Assembly: GCA_030141605.1 (NCBI GenBank)
Contig: JAQGDQ010002489.1
Coordinates: forward strand, 1 to 19,078
Direction: 5' to 3'
DNA: 19,078 bases
Source of the DNA: Tubiluchus corallicola
Lineage: Eukaryota; Animalia; Priapulida
Below the pieces are notes generated by a model. The model was not told where the DNA came from. It saw only the letters and a list, made by a program, of their open reading frames with translations, and did no database searches. Shown piece after piece: positions 7,675-19,078 of this stretch; positions within the stretch are counted from its first letter, which is position 1, and each line of letters starts with the position of its first letter. Both the position numbers and the translations under genes were made by a program.

Positions 7675-9369
7675 ATGGCAAAAAAACATTTGTTATATCA
7701 AAAAAAAAACGAAGAAAACCCTCTTCTAAGTTTTTCTAAAGAAAAAAAAACATTTCTTGCCCAAGTCACTAATAACAGCATTTCCAATATAAAAGATAAT
7801 AGGATAACGTTTGAAACTCTATTTAGAGAAATAGAAAAAACTCATTATTTAGAAACCTCCATTGCCAACAAACAACGCTTAAAAAAAGGCTCTGATGCCC
7901 AGCTTAACTTTTGGAAAAATATCAAACGTCAGTTAATAAAAATAAATTCTCTTTGGATAGCTAACGACAAAGAGAATGCCGAAAAATTGCTCAATGATTT
8001 GTTGAAAAAAATAATAACATCTTACGTTCATCAAATAACAGGTAACTTTAAACAGTTAAAATATAATTTTTTGCGAAAAACCGTAATTTTTCTGTTTTCA
8101 AAAATTTTAAACATCTCCAAATTAGGAAAAATACAAGGCTTATGGAAAGGCGAGTACCGATTAAAAGATAAGATAGCCATAGTTGGCGAAGTAGAGAATT
8201 TAAAAAGACTTACTGAGATAGGCACCGTCATTCTCACACCTACATACTTCAGCAAATTAGATATGCTCACATGTGCATGGGCTGTTAATGAAGTAAAATT
8301 GCCCCCTGTAACAGTAGGAAGCGACATTGAGTTATTCAACATCAAAGTATACTCCCACCTATTGAAGCACTTAGGAGCATACAAAATAGATTATCGTAAA
8401 GTAGGTAAAAACTTCATTTACAAAACAGTTTTAAGAAAATATTTGAGCCTGCATTTGCAACAGAAATGCCATGCTCTGTTTTTTCCCGGTGAAACTAGAT
8501 CTTTATCAGGAAAAATAGAAAAAAAGTTAAAAACTACACTGCTTCAAACAGCCATAGAGGCACAAAGAACTAATTTTCAACAGCAAGGAGAAAGAAAGGA
8601 TAGAAAAAACAAAATATTTATTGTTCCAATTGTATTAAATTGCAATTTTGTATGGGAGGCAAATACACTCATTCATAGATATTTAAAGAAAAAAGGACAA
8701 GAAAAGTACTATTTCGATGCTTCCAAAGTCTCTTCTTTGGCTATCGTAAAGCATCTAACACGATTTCTTATCAATAACTCCACTATTTCTATTTCTATTG
8801 GAAAAGGAATGGATATTTTTGGTAACTATGCCGACAACAATGGACAAAGCATTGGCAAAACAGGCGAACACATCTCTACCATAGAATACTTTATGCACAA
8901 TGGAAAACTTAACTTTGACCCCCAAAGAGAAAAACAATACACAAAGCTTCTATCTCAAAAAATAGTAGCTGAATTTCATAGAATCAACCAAGTTTTTGCA
9001 TCACATTTAGTCGCTTTCATTGCATTTGAAATAATTAAAAACAAATATAAACATTTAGACCTATTTAGTTTATTAAGAGTGCCTACGAGTGAGATATCTA
9101 TTGACTATCAAGAATTTAGAAAAGTATTTGTTAAGTTAAAAGCAAGAGTTTTAAAATTACAAAAAAAAGACAAGATAAGCATTGCCGACCACTTATTGAA
9201 TGATGATATAGATCAAACGATAAAGTTAGGTCTATCAAACGTTGGGTTATTCCACACACAACTTCCCTTGAAAATGATAGGGAACAAAAAAATAATTACA
9301 AAAAATTTAAGCACCCTATACTACTACCATAATAGAATGGAAGGTTATGAACTCGAAAGATTTATATAA
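7675..9369 (+). CDS. Glycerol-3-phosphate/DHAP acyltransferase-like protein (PlsB/GPAT superfamily) with degenerate catalytic motif
   Basis: Block I region is PTYFSKLD (canonical HxxxxD), block II is LGAYKIDYRK, block III is FFPGETRSLSG, block IV is IFIVPI. The gene overlaps gpsA by 23 nt. Confidence 0.78.
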   Translation: MAKKHLLYQKKNEENPLLSFSKEKKTFLAQVTNNSISNIKDNRITFETLFREIEKTHYLETSIANKQRLKKGSDAQLNFWKNIKRQLIKINSLWIANDKENAEKLLNDLLKKIITSYVHQITGNFKQLKYNFLRKTVIFLFSKILNISKLGKIQGLWKGEYRLKDKIAIVGEVENLKRLTEIGTVILTPTYFSKLDMLTCAWAVNEVKLPPVTVGSDIELFNIKVYSHLLKHLGAYKIDYRKVGKNFIYKTVLRKYLSLHLQQKCHALFFPGETRSLSGKIEKKLKTTLLQTAIEAQRTNFQQQGERKDRKNKIFIVPIVLNCNFVWEANTLIHRYLKKKGQEKYYFDASKVSSLAIVKHLTRFLINNSTISISIGKGMDIFGNYADNNGQSIGKTGEHISTIEYFMHNGKLNFDPQREKQYTKLLSQKIVAEFHRINQVFASHLVAFIAFEIIKNKYKHLDLFSLLRVPTSEISIDYQEFRKVFVKLKARVLKLQKKDKISIADHLLNDDIDQTIKLGLSNVGLFHTQLPLKMIGNKKIITKNLSTLYYYHNRMEGYELERFI

Positions 9370-10381
9370 AAATCAAGTGGGAGTTATTGGCGGAGGAAGC
9401 TTTGGAACAGTGATTGCCAATTTGATAGCAAAGAATACCAACGTCTTATTATATATGCGTAATACAGATGCAATAGAAACCATTAACAAAACAAGGCAAT
9501 GGAAAGGACAAAAAATACATAAAAAAATACATGTAGTCAATGATATAGAAGAGATAGCCAAAACTTGTACTATTATATTTCCTGTCGTACCATCAGACAA
9601 TTTCATAGAAATCATCCATCAATTATCACCTTTCTTACGCCCATATCACATGCTGATACATGCAACAAAAGGGTTGTATGTAAAACAAAAAAATTATGCG
9701 AAAATAGAAAAAGAGGACATATATACTATGAGCCAAATCATAAGAGAACAAAGCATAGTAGTACGAGTGGGATGCGTTGCTGGGCCAAATTTAGCGAAAG
9801 AAGTAGCACTGGGGCATCCGGCTGCCACGGTAATTGCAAGCCGATTTGATGAAGTAATAAGTGAAGGGCAAAAGCTTCTAAGAAATGACTTGTTTCAAGT
9901 GTATGGAAGTAGAAAACTATTAGGGATAGAGCTTTGCGGAGCATTAAAAAATATTATCGCCATTGCCGCAGGAGCATTATATGGGTTAGGATTTGGTGAC
10001 AATGCCCGCTCTCTGTTGGTAAGTAGAGGATTAGCAGAAATGGTATATATAGGAAAAATATTTGGCATAAATACCGAACCTTTTTTTGGTCTTGCAGGAG
10101 TAGGCGACTTAGTAGCCACTTGTTCTAGCACTGCAAGTAGAAACTTTACTATGGGTAAATTGTTAGCACGCGGAATGACTGTAAATGAAGCAATGCAAAA
10201 TATAAACGAAGTCGCCGAAGGCATTAACACTGCTAAAATCATACGACATCTTGCAGAAAATTATAATAGAAGAGTGCCCATTACAGAAACAATTTGTAAG
10301 GTAATAGAGGACAAAATGACAGTAAAAGAAGGGTTGCGATTTCTAATGAAATCACCATTTAATGTTGATTCTATTTCGTAG
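9347..10381 (+). CDS. gpsA: NAD(P)H-dependent glycerol-3-phosphate dehydrogenase
   Basis: VGVIGGGSFGT Rossmann motif, ATKG, AGPNLAKEV, GIELCGALKNIIAIAAG, GLAGVGDLVATCSS..SRN and VAEG. Confidence 0.95.
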   Translation: MNSKDLYKNQVGVIGGGSFGTVIANLIAKNTNVLLYMRNTDAIETINKTRQWKGQKIHKKIHVVNDIEEIAKTCTIIFPVVPSDNFIEIIHQLSPFLRPYHMLIHATKGLYVKQKNYAKIEKEDIYTMSQIIREQSIVVRVGCVAGPNLAKEVALGHPAATVIASRFDEVISEGQKLLRNDLFQVYGSRKLLGIELCGALKNIIAIAAGALYGLGFGDNARSLLVSRGLAEMVYIGKIFGINTEPFFGLAGVGDLVATCSSTASRNFTMGKLLARGMTVNEAMQNINEVAEGINTAKIIRHLAENYNRRVPITETICKVIEDKMTVKEGLRFLMKSPFNVDSIS

Positions 10382-10406
10382 CTTTTGGCTTTCTTCCAAT
10401 CTCTTT

Positions 10407-11830
10407 TTATATTCTAAACTGCAATTGCAGAATCCACAAACCCCTGTATTCAGATATTTTTTTTGTTTCTGGGTGATATATTGGACGGTTAGAATATTGC
10501 CATGAAATTCTTGTGTCATGCGTAAACAAGTACATATGCATACCTGCATCAAACTGAAATGCTTCTTCATTTAAAGCATTAAAACTTCTATGATGAAGTC
10601 CTAAAAACGTCATAACACGATGTTGATATTTGTTTAGAAATTTAGGAATAACATACCCCAAAGATAAATGTGCTACTCGCCCCGTACCTACATAATATTG
10701 GCTTATTCCCCCTCCTTGGTAGCCTGAAATTCGGATTCTGCATCCAACTGCGAAATGCTGTTCATTATTCCAATGCTTCTGATGTAACTAGGCCCATGCT
10801 GGTGAAAATATACCACCCCATAGGCTGTAAAAGCACTTCTATGGGCAAGAGGATATTCAAACAGAAAATCTACTGCCATAGAAAGTTGGTCATATTTTTT
10901 TACATATTTATTATTATTGTCATCTAATTGCACTGCCCCTGATGCATTGGGTAAGTACTGAAACCCCGCACCTATATTAAACATTTTTCCCTTTTCGCCC
11001 AAAAGGGTCATAGGTACAAAAGGAGATATACGAACTGGTTCCTGTTCCAAAAAGTGATATTCGGCATACCCCTTATAGTGAAACGAATTATTATAACGAC
11101 TGTATGCTACATCCAATTGGTTATTATCCAAAATTTCATTATCCGAAAGTATTCTAGTGCTTGATGCACTCATTACAGGTTGGTTTGCTACCAAGTGGTA
11201 GTTGATTTTATGCACCTTTCCCTGCAAAAAAATCCCCGCTTGCCTTGTGGCAATATCCCAAACATTTACATTAGGATAGTTGACACTTGGGTTGTCCAAC
11301 AAAATACCTGTTGCATAGCTTGTCGTAGAGAGTCGTGAAAGCCCCATAAAATAGTGAACGCCCGCACCAAAATATGTATCCTTTGCTAACTTTACCTTGC
11401 CAAATAAATCATGGATAAAGAAGCCAGACGGGTTGTCATAGAAAGGAATATTTGTTGCTCCAAGTTGCATGAAGACATAAAACTTTTTTTCTATATCCGC
11501 AAAAGCGACAACCCTTGCTCGCCTTGTGGCAAAGTCCGTGTAGGTTGTTGATCGTTGTTCTGGTTCTCGCTTGTCTATATATCCTGTATTTAACTCAGCG
11601 TGACGTACCCAAAATTGAACTGCTAATCGGAACTTCATATATGATGAACCTGTGGGTGTTAAATTAAACTTCAAACCTTGTTTCATTACTCCCACCATTT
11701 CTTTATTCTTTTCTGATTTTACAATGCTATTTGTTGTAGAATCTGTTACTGTTTGAGCTAAAAGAGTGTTTGGAAGAAGGATAAACAATAGTGTAAAAAG
11801 TATTAATATCCTTTTATGTAATTTATGCAT
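10407..11830 (-). CDS. Outer-membrane beta-barrel (porin-like) protein, frameshifted at ~10718
   Basis: Signal peptide ending LLA|Q, amphipathic strands (FRLAVQFWVR, DFATRRARV, FNIGAGF) and a C-terminal beta-signal-like LQLQFRI. ORF 10703..11830 continues as QGGGISQYYVGTGRVAHLSLGYVIP into 10407..10661 if one base is restored, giving ~474 aa. Confidence 0.7.
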
Positions 11831-11904
11831 AAATTATGTGATGAGATTAGGGTATAGACATTTGATTTTTTTTGCTATAAAAAAACCAAATACTGTTTTT
11901 TTCA

Positions 11905-11912
11905 CAAAGGTA
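11905..11912 (-). promoter_or_regulatory. -7 promoter element of the porin-like gene
   Basis: TACCTTTG on the minus strand is an exact TAnnTTTG match, ~75 nt upstream of the ATG. The -33 position reads TTTA, an imperfect match. Confidence 0.55.
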
Positions 11913-11923
11913 ATGCTTTATTA

Positions 11924-11971
11924 TAAAAAATAAAATAACAGCACTATTTAACATGCATTAAATTTGCTGTT
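11924..11971 (-). terminator. Probable intrinsic terminator downstream of atpDC (or an operator upstream of the porin promoter)
   Basis: Minus strand AACAGCA-A-ATTTAA-TGCATG-TTAAAT-AG-TGCTGTT forms a 13-bp stem with an internal loop, followed by ATTTTATTTTTTA. Confidence 0.45.
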
Positions 11972-12062
11972 TTCTGTATATTCACTACCCTCCCCACTAA
12001 ACTTTTTTTTGCTTGTTTGAAATTTTTCGATAAATGTCATTTAATTATGTGGCTCCATTTTG

Positions 12063-12081
12063 AAAATTTCCAGACTGGAAA
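12063..12081 (-). terminator. Short palindrome 30 nt after the atpC stop, possible terminator
   Basis: TTTCCAGTCTGGAAA is a 7-1-7 inverted repeat (12067-12081) followed by TTTT on the minus strand. Confidence 0.35.
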
Positions 12082-12111
12082 GTCATTAAAAAAAACAGCT
12101 TAAAACTACAA

Positions 12112-12360
12112 TTAGGCAACAACAGCCGTTGCAAGAAGTGTAATTTTATTTTTCAATACTTCTACTACCCCACCCAATATTTTTGCTTTGTGTGTTTTGC
12201 TTTTGGTAGTGTATATCACTTCTCCTTCAGTAAGTGGGCTGATGATAGCGGCATGGTTTTTTAACACTTGAAATTTTCCCTTAGTGCCTGGAAAAATAGC
12301 ATTGTCTATCTCTCCTTGAAATATAGTTTTTTCAGGCGTTATAATTTCTAAATGTAACAT
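12112..12360 (-). CDS. atpC: F1F0 ATP synthase epsilon subunit (short form)
   Basis: LEIITPEK...PGTKGKFQVLKNHAAIISPL...GGVVEV. Directly downstream of atpD. Confidence 0.95.
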   Translation of the reverse strand: MLHLEIITPEKTIFQGEIDNAIFPGTKGKFQVLKNHAAIISPLTEGEVIYTTKSKTHKAKILGGVVEVLKNKITLLATAVVA

Positions 12361-12370
12361 ATGCTAAGTA

Positions 12371-13879
<1,509 letters not shown>

Positions 13880-13920
13880 TTATATATAAATTAGATAAAA
13901 ATTATTTTAAATATTAGCTA

Positions 13921-13951
13921 CAAATATATTTTTTTTTTCATTTTTCTCAAA
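13921..13951 (-). promoter_or_regulatory. Consensus Bacteroidota sigma-70 promoter of atpD-atpC
   Basis: Minus strand TTTG (13951-13948)-N19-TATATTTG (13928-13921) is an exact consensus match, 44 nt upstream of the ATG. Confidence 0.75.
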
Positions 13952-13976
13952 AAATATCTTTTCTTATTTCATAAAA

Positions 13977-16900
13977 TTATTTCAATATTGTAACAATGCC
14001 ATTTTGTATAAATACGCCTTTTTCTGGGGCATTGATTTCAATATATTTTATAGAGTAGGAATATGAATCTAAAGGCAGAGAGGCTCCGTTATGTGTGCCA
14101 TCCCATCCTTGATGTTCCATAAACATTAGATCATTGCTATAAAACACTATATTTCCCCATCTATTGTAAATAAATATTTCAAAATCACTAACTTGCAATA
14201 CTGGAACCACTTTAAATGTTTGGTTTTGAGGAATCTCTGATGTTGGCTTGAAAATATTAGGTGCAAGAATTTTAGTAGCACACTTTTCTTCTACATAAAA
14301 TTCTCCTTGCGTTACGCAGTTTACATTATTGGTAAATCTGTACACATACTTTCCAATCTCTTCAATAGTGTATGTTGCGTCTTCATTGATGCGAATTTCT
14401 ATCTCTTCCTCCTCTTTCACAAGTGCTAAATAGTGCTTGCTAAACTCCTTTGCATCCAATTCAATGGTTTCACGGTTGATATTATATGGGCAAAAAGTAT
14501 ATTTGTCTTCAACATTTATTAGAGTAGATGTTTCTGATTCAATATTTAATTCTTTATAGGAAAAACATGACTCTACCCATGCTTCTATTTTATACGCCCC
14601 TGAGTTGTTGGCTAAATATGTGTTTCCTGTTTCTTCTTGAGGTTCGTCATTAGCATACCATTTATATGTGTCTATGCTTATATTAGTGTTAACTGTAATG
14701 GTCGTGCCTTCATTATTGTCGCATAGTTGCGGTTGAACTTTTGTAGTCAACGATATCTCTGGTATTACTTTTACATAATAACTGACCGTATCATAACACC
14801 CTGTTTCTTCGCTCTGTACAATCACTTCATAGTCTCCCGTTTCTTCAACGTAGAGTATTTTTCCTGATACTTTTTCAGTATGCCAATAGTAGGACAAGTA
14901 AGGCTCCTGTGTTAGATCGTTAGCAACTACCTCTAAAATATTATATCCTGCACAAGAGTTTGGTATTTGTTGTCGTATGGAAATATCTGGCGAGTTAAGT
15001 GCCACTTTTACATCTATTTGTTGTGTGGTATCACAAAAGTTAGCATTTCCTTTTGCGGTTACGCTATATTTTCCACTTTGTACGGCAGTAATTGTATTCC
15101 CTGTCTCTGGAAGGATATTATTAGCAGGGTCTCTCCATTCAAATAGCGATGCAGAGCTTTGTACGACAATGTCAATATTGGGGTTACATGTGTAAGCTTC
15201 GGGTATTACATTTAGTGTAACACTAGGTTTTTTATCAATAGTAAAATCTATTGATTGAAAGCAATCTCCATCGTCAATCATTAGGGTGTAATTGCCATAA
15301 GGAACTAACTGTATAGTAAAATTCATGTTATTGATTTTATCTTTAAACATCTGTTGTGTGTTGTTGTCAATTAGTGTGTAATAAGCATCAACAAGATTTA
15401 TAAATCCCGAAAGTGTTACCGCCACATCTTCACCCTCACAAGTAGGGGTGTTATATGCTATGTTGTCTATAGTAAACAATGAGTTGGTACTAATTAACGA
15501 AATGTTCTCTACACTCTGGCAAGATGTAATGTTATTTGTTAGGGTTAATGTGTAAATACCTGCTGTTAAATTGTCTATTTTTTTACCTGTACCTATTGTC
15601 GCTCCGCTTTCATCTTCCCATGCAATAGTAACATCATTCAAGGCATTAGTAATGTTTATCTCTCCATTATTATCGCTACATTGTAGAGGATTTACGACAG
15701 TATAATTTGCTTTGGGCGCGGGATTTACAGTAATGTAAGAAGTGTCTTTGAGAATACATCCTGTAAGATTATTTTCAGCACTTGCTATTAATTGAAAATA
15801 ACCCGCTGTTTTTGTATCAAACGTAAAGATGTTGGTAGTGTTTTCTTGCTTATCATTATTGACATACCATTGATAGATGTTGTATGGAGAGCCCGCATCT
15901 ATGGGTGGTAAAGGGCTATTTTGGCAACTAATTTTATCATCACCCAAATCGAGTTTTGGTCTTCCATCTGCTACAATTACTTTTTTTGTTGTTTCGCAAC
16001 CTAAGTTTGTTATTAATGTTGCAGTATAAATGCCTTCTTCAAAAATTTCTCTTTCTTTGGTCGTTGTCCCATCATCCCAATAATATGAATAGCCTTCCAT
16101 ATTGTTAATATCCATATCCAATAATATTTTTTCTTCACATATATAAGTAGCCGCAGGAATAGTAGGCTCATATGGATATCCTTCAATAGTAATTTCTTCT
16201 GATAGGGTAGTATCTAAGCCACAACGGTTAGTAATATTTACAGAAACAAGGTATTTGCCCGGCTCACTATACAAATGGGCTACATTTTCTCCTGTCATAG
16301 AAGTGCCATCTCCAAAATTCCATTTATATTCATCTATTTTTGATGTTCCTGTAGCCGAAAAATGAATTACTTCCCCATAGCAGCTGCTAGAGGCAAATAT
16401 AGTAGGATCTGTAGGAGGATTAGAAAAATCTTGAATATTATTGGGTAGCCCCAAGCCAGATTTTCCTCCTTCCAAATCAAATTGCTGTGCTGTATTATTA
16501 TACTTATATACACTTGGCTTAAGTGTATCAGCTGATGCAGAAAATTTTCCAAGAAAATTAGAATTGTCAATAGCAACATAAACCTGTCTATCTGGCCCCA
16601 ACTGCAATGCTCCAAAATTAACTCCACTTACGCTCTCTACCAATTTTTGGGACTTCTGTACTTTCTCTTTCTCCAGTTTTCTCACATCAAATTCATATAT
16701 TTTAGATTGTGGGTTTGTAGGATTATTTAAAGAGACAAGCATTTTTTGGCTGGTAGGGGAAAATTCTATTCCATACACTTGATAGTCTAATACAGACTCT
16801 TCAAATGTTATCTTAATGGGGTTGAATAAATGCCCTGACATTATATCAAACCCAAATAGTTCTACTGTGTTGCTATTATCTGGCAATGCTACCGCTATTT

Positions 16901-19078
16901 TTTGCCCATCAGGAGAAAATTTCATATATCCCTGACTGCTTGCAATACTCTTTTTGTCATGTACCGAACCTATGGGAGAAATTATTGGCGATCGAATTCC
17001 TTGTTCATTAATCAAATAGGCTCTAAAAACATTTGTTCCATACTCATGGCTTAATAGCCACACATCCCCCCCCATTGCTCCAGCGATAAGACGTTCCGTT
17101 GCATTGACATGTAACGGTATTTTTTTATGAACTATTTTATTGGATTTCAAGTCAACGATAGAATACCATAACATATTTTTCTGACCTGCATCAGAGATAG
17201 GTTCTAGTGAAAAGAGATAAAATAGTGTTTCATTTTTTGGAAATGGCACAAGTAATCCTGACTGTGTTGCAGTGTTTGCTATGCCCACTTCGCCTATGAG
17301 TGTGTGGACGTTGTCATAGACTTGATTTCCATCAGAATAGTAGATTATTTTTCCATTTTTGTCTGAAATGCAAGTATTGCCTGCTGGGGACTCCAATTTT
17401 CCGTCTGTAAGAGCTTTCGGGATGTCTTCATTAAAGTCTATACCTGATTTGTGCCCAAAATACCAAGTGTTTTTCGTTTGTATGGTGTCGCCATAAACAT
17501 CCACTTGTATGGCATCATACGAAAAGCAGCCATTTCCAAAATCCACAACAACCCAATATACACCCGACGAATCAATAGTTATTTTTTGTCCTGTCTCCTC
17601 GGGTATAGACCATCTATATGCTACGCCTCCTTCTCCTGCATCTAATTCCAATGACTCTCCTTTGCATATTACTGTATCAGTTCCTAAGTCAACAGAATCG
17701 CACGATGGCACATTAAACATTTGGCTAATAGTAACATCTTCTCCATTTACATTTGTTGTTATTGTCACATTGACATTTCCATCTTTCAATTTATATGTAG
17801 GGACAATATAATGCTTGTTTTGAGGTTCTATTCCATCTCCAAATCCCACGTCAACACATCTAATGGAGGCACTATATTAGGAAAAAATGTAGCCTCTAAT
17901 CCTGACGTGGTGTCAATAGCTAAAATTGAACCTATAATTTTTTCTGAGCTTACTGGTAGAGAAAATGTCGGAAAATAATAGGCATCAAAATCAACACCCT
18001 GAAACATAACATCATCGTATGTATAGGGCATCATACTTGCATCTAATCTGCCTACATAAAAGCTCGCATCGCCATTGTTTTGATATATATGATAATAGTT
18101 GTCATCAGGTGCTAATTGTATGCCATAACTTCTATAAAATGTTTTGGCTAATGCAACATCATTGATTTGTGGCACCCCCGCCACAGGAAAAAAACACCGC
18201 ATTATTCCCGATATTTCAGGAATGGATATTTCATCATTATAGGTTATAAACAACTCATCTCCATTATTTGACCAATCAGCATCAAAAATTTCTCTATTTT
18301 GCAGCGTATTATCCTCAACATGATGCTCAATTGCCAACGAGTCAGGGTAATATTGTAGTATGTGTAAATCAAAGCCTACACTTTGTGGAACAAGTGCTAT
18401 GCGCTGTGTAAGCCCATTAATCGTTATTTTCTTTATTTGCTGTTCCATCTTTAAGCTAAACCGCAAATAGAACTGTCCATCAGGAAATATCCTATATAAA
18501 TTTATGAAATCCTCTACTTGCACAAGAAGCCAATATTCAAATGGGTCTACTCCCGTATGGTATATAGCAAAGGCTCGCGATGTGTTTTTTATTTTAGTAG
18601 ATTGGTTTTTTAAAATAACCTCTCCTAATGGAGGCTGTATCTCCAAGGCATTACCTTTTTTGTTCAAATCCACTTCGTGATAAAATATCTCTCCCGAAGT
18701 AGTGGTGGTTGCTGTGTTTGTTAGCACATAATATTTGTCCTCTTGCCCTGGTATAGGACAAACCATAACATTTTGAAAATTATTGCTATGATTAAAGATA
18801 CCATCACCATTTTTCATTATTTGATGCGACGCATCATAAATATTTTCTCCATCAGTATAAAAAAGTAGCTCTCCTGTATTTTCTGATGTAGCAACAGATG
18901 AAGAGTAGTGACTAAATGGTGTAAATTGATTGCTCTGCAACTCAGGTTGGTGAGTGGACTTATTGAAATTAACACCCCAAGAAGAGTTACCAAAATACCA
19001 TAAATGTTCTAAAAAATCTTGAGCTTGCACCATGATATTCCACGGCATCAATAAGATAATGCACAAACAGATATGGCG
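13977..19078 (-). CDS. Large T9SS-secreted surface protein with two beta-propeller+PKD modules, Ig/SprB-like repeats and a type-B (gliding-motility-associated) C-terminal domain. Frameshifted at ~17842, start just outside the window
   Basis: The frame is open to the edge (RHICLCIILL...VQA|QD signal peptide). It has a PKD motif WNFGDG and a second, WDFGDG, restored by one base. The C-terminus APNIF.P...FIYNRWGNIVF...WDGT..G..LP..SYSY...GIVTILK fits a type-B CTD. At least 1700 codons. Confidence 0.85.

Noticed and set aside
10381-10407. Strand and composition switch as a replication terminus
   Set aside because: The skew is explained by A-rich coding strands, and I recognised no dif-like site.

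Overview
AT-rich chromosomal window from a Bacteroidota bacterium, probably Cytophagia-like. The evidence is a T9SS type-B cargo protein, a stand-alone atpD-atpC pair, TTTG-N19-TAnnTTTG promoters and Gln after signal peptides. The plus strand carries a partial DUF2461 gene, then a carbohydrate cluster lacking SusC/D (ribulokinase, BNR/Asp-box 'sialidase-like' protein, CBM9-like protein, GHL10 lipoprotein), then dksA-like, scpB, a pseudouridine synthase, a PlsB/GPAT-like acyltransferase and gpsA. The minus strand carries a ~1700-aa T9SS-secreted propeller/PKD protein, atpD, atpC and an outer-membrane beta-barrel. Four genes are split by frameshifts, most likely read or assembly indels. I saw no RNA genes, CRISPR arrays or mobile elements. 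Best leads: (1) an orphan ribulokinase beside a non-canonical GH33-like enzyme, the two sharing an inverted-repeat element, possibly a Kdo/D-arabinose scavenging route; (2) a full-length GPAT homologue whose catalytic His is replaced by Tyr.
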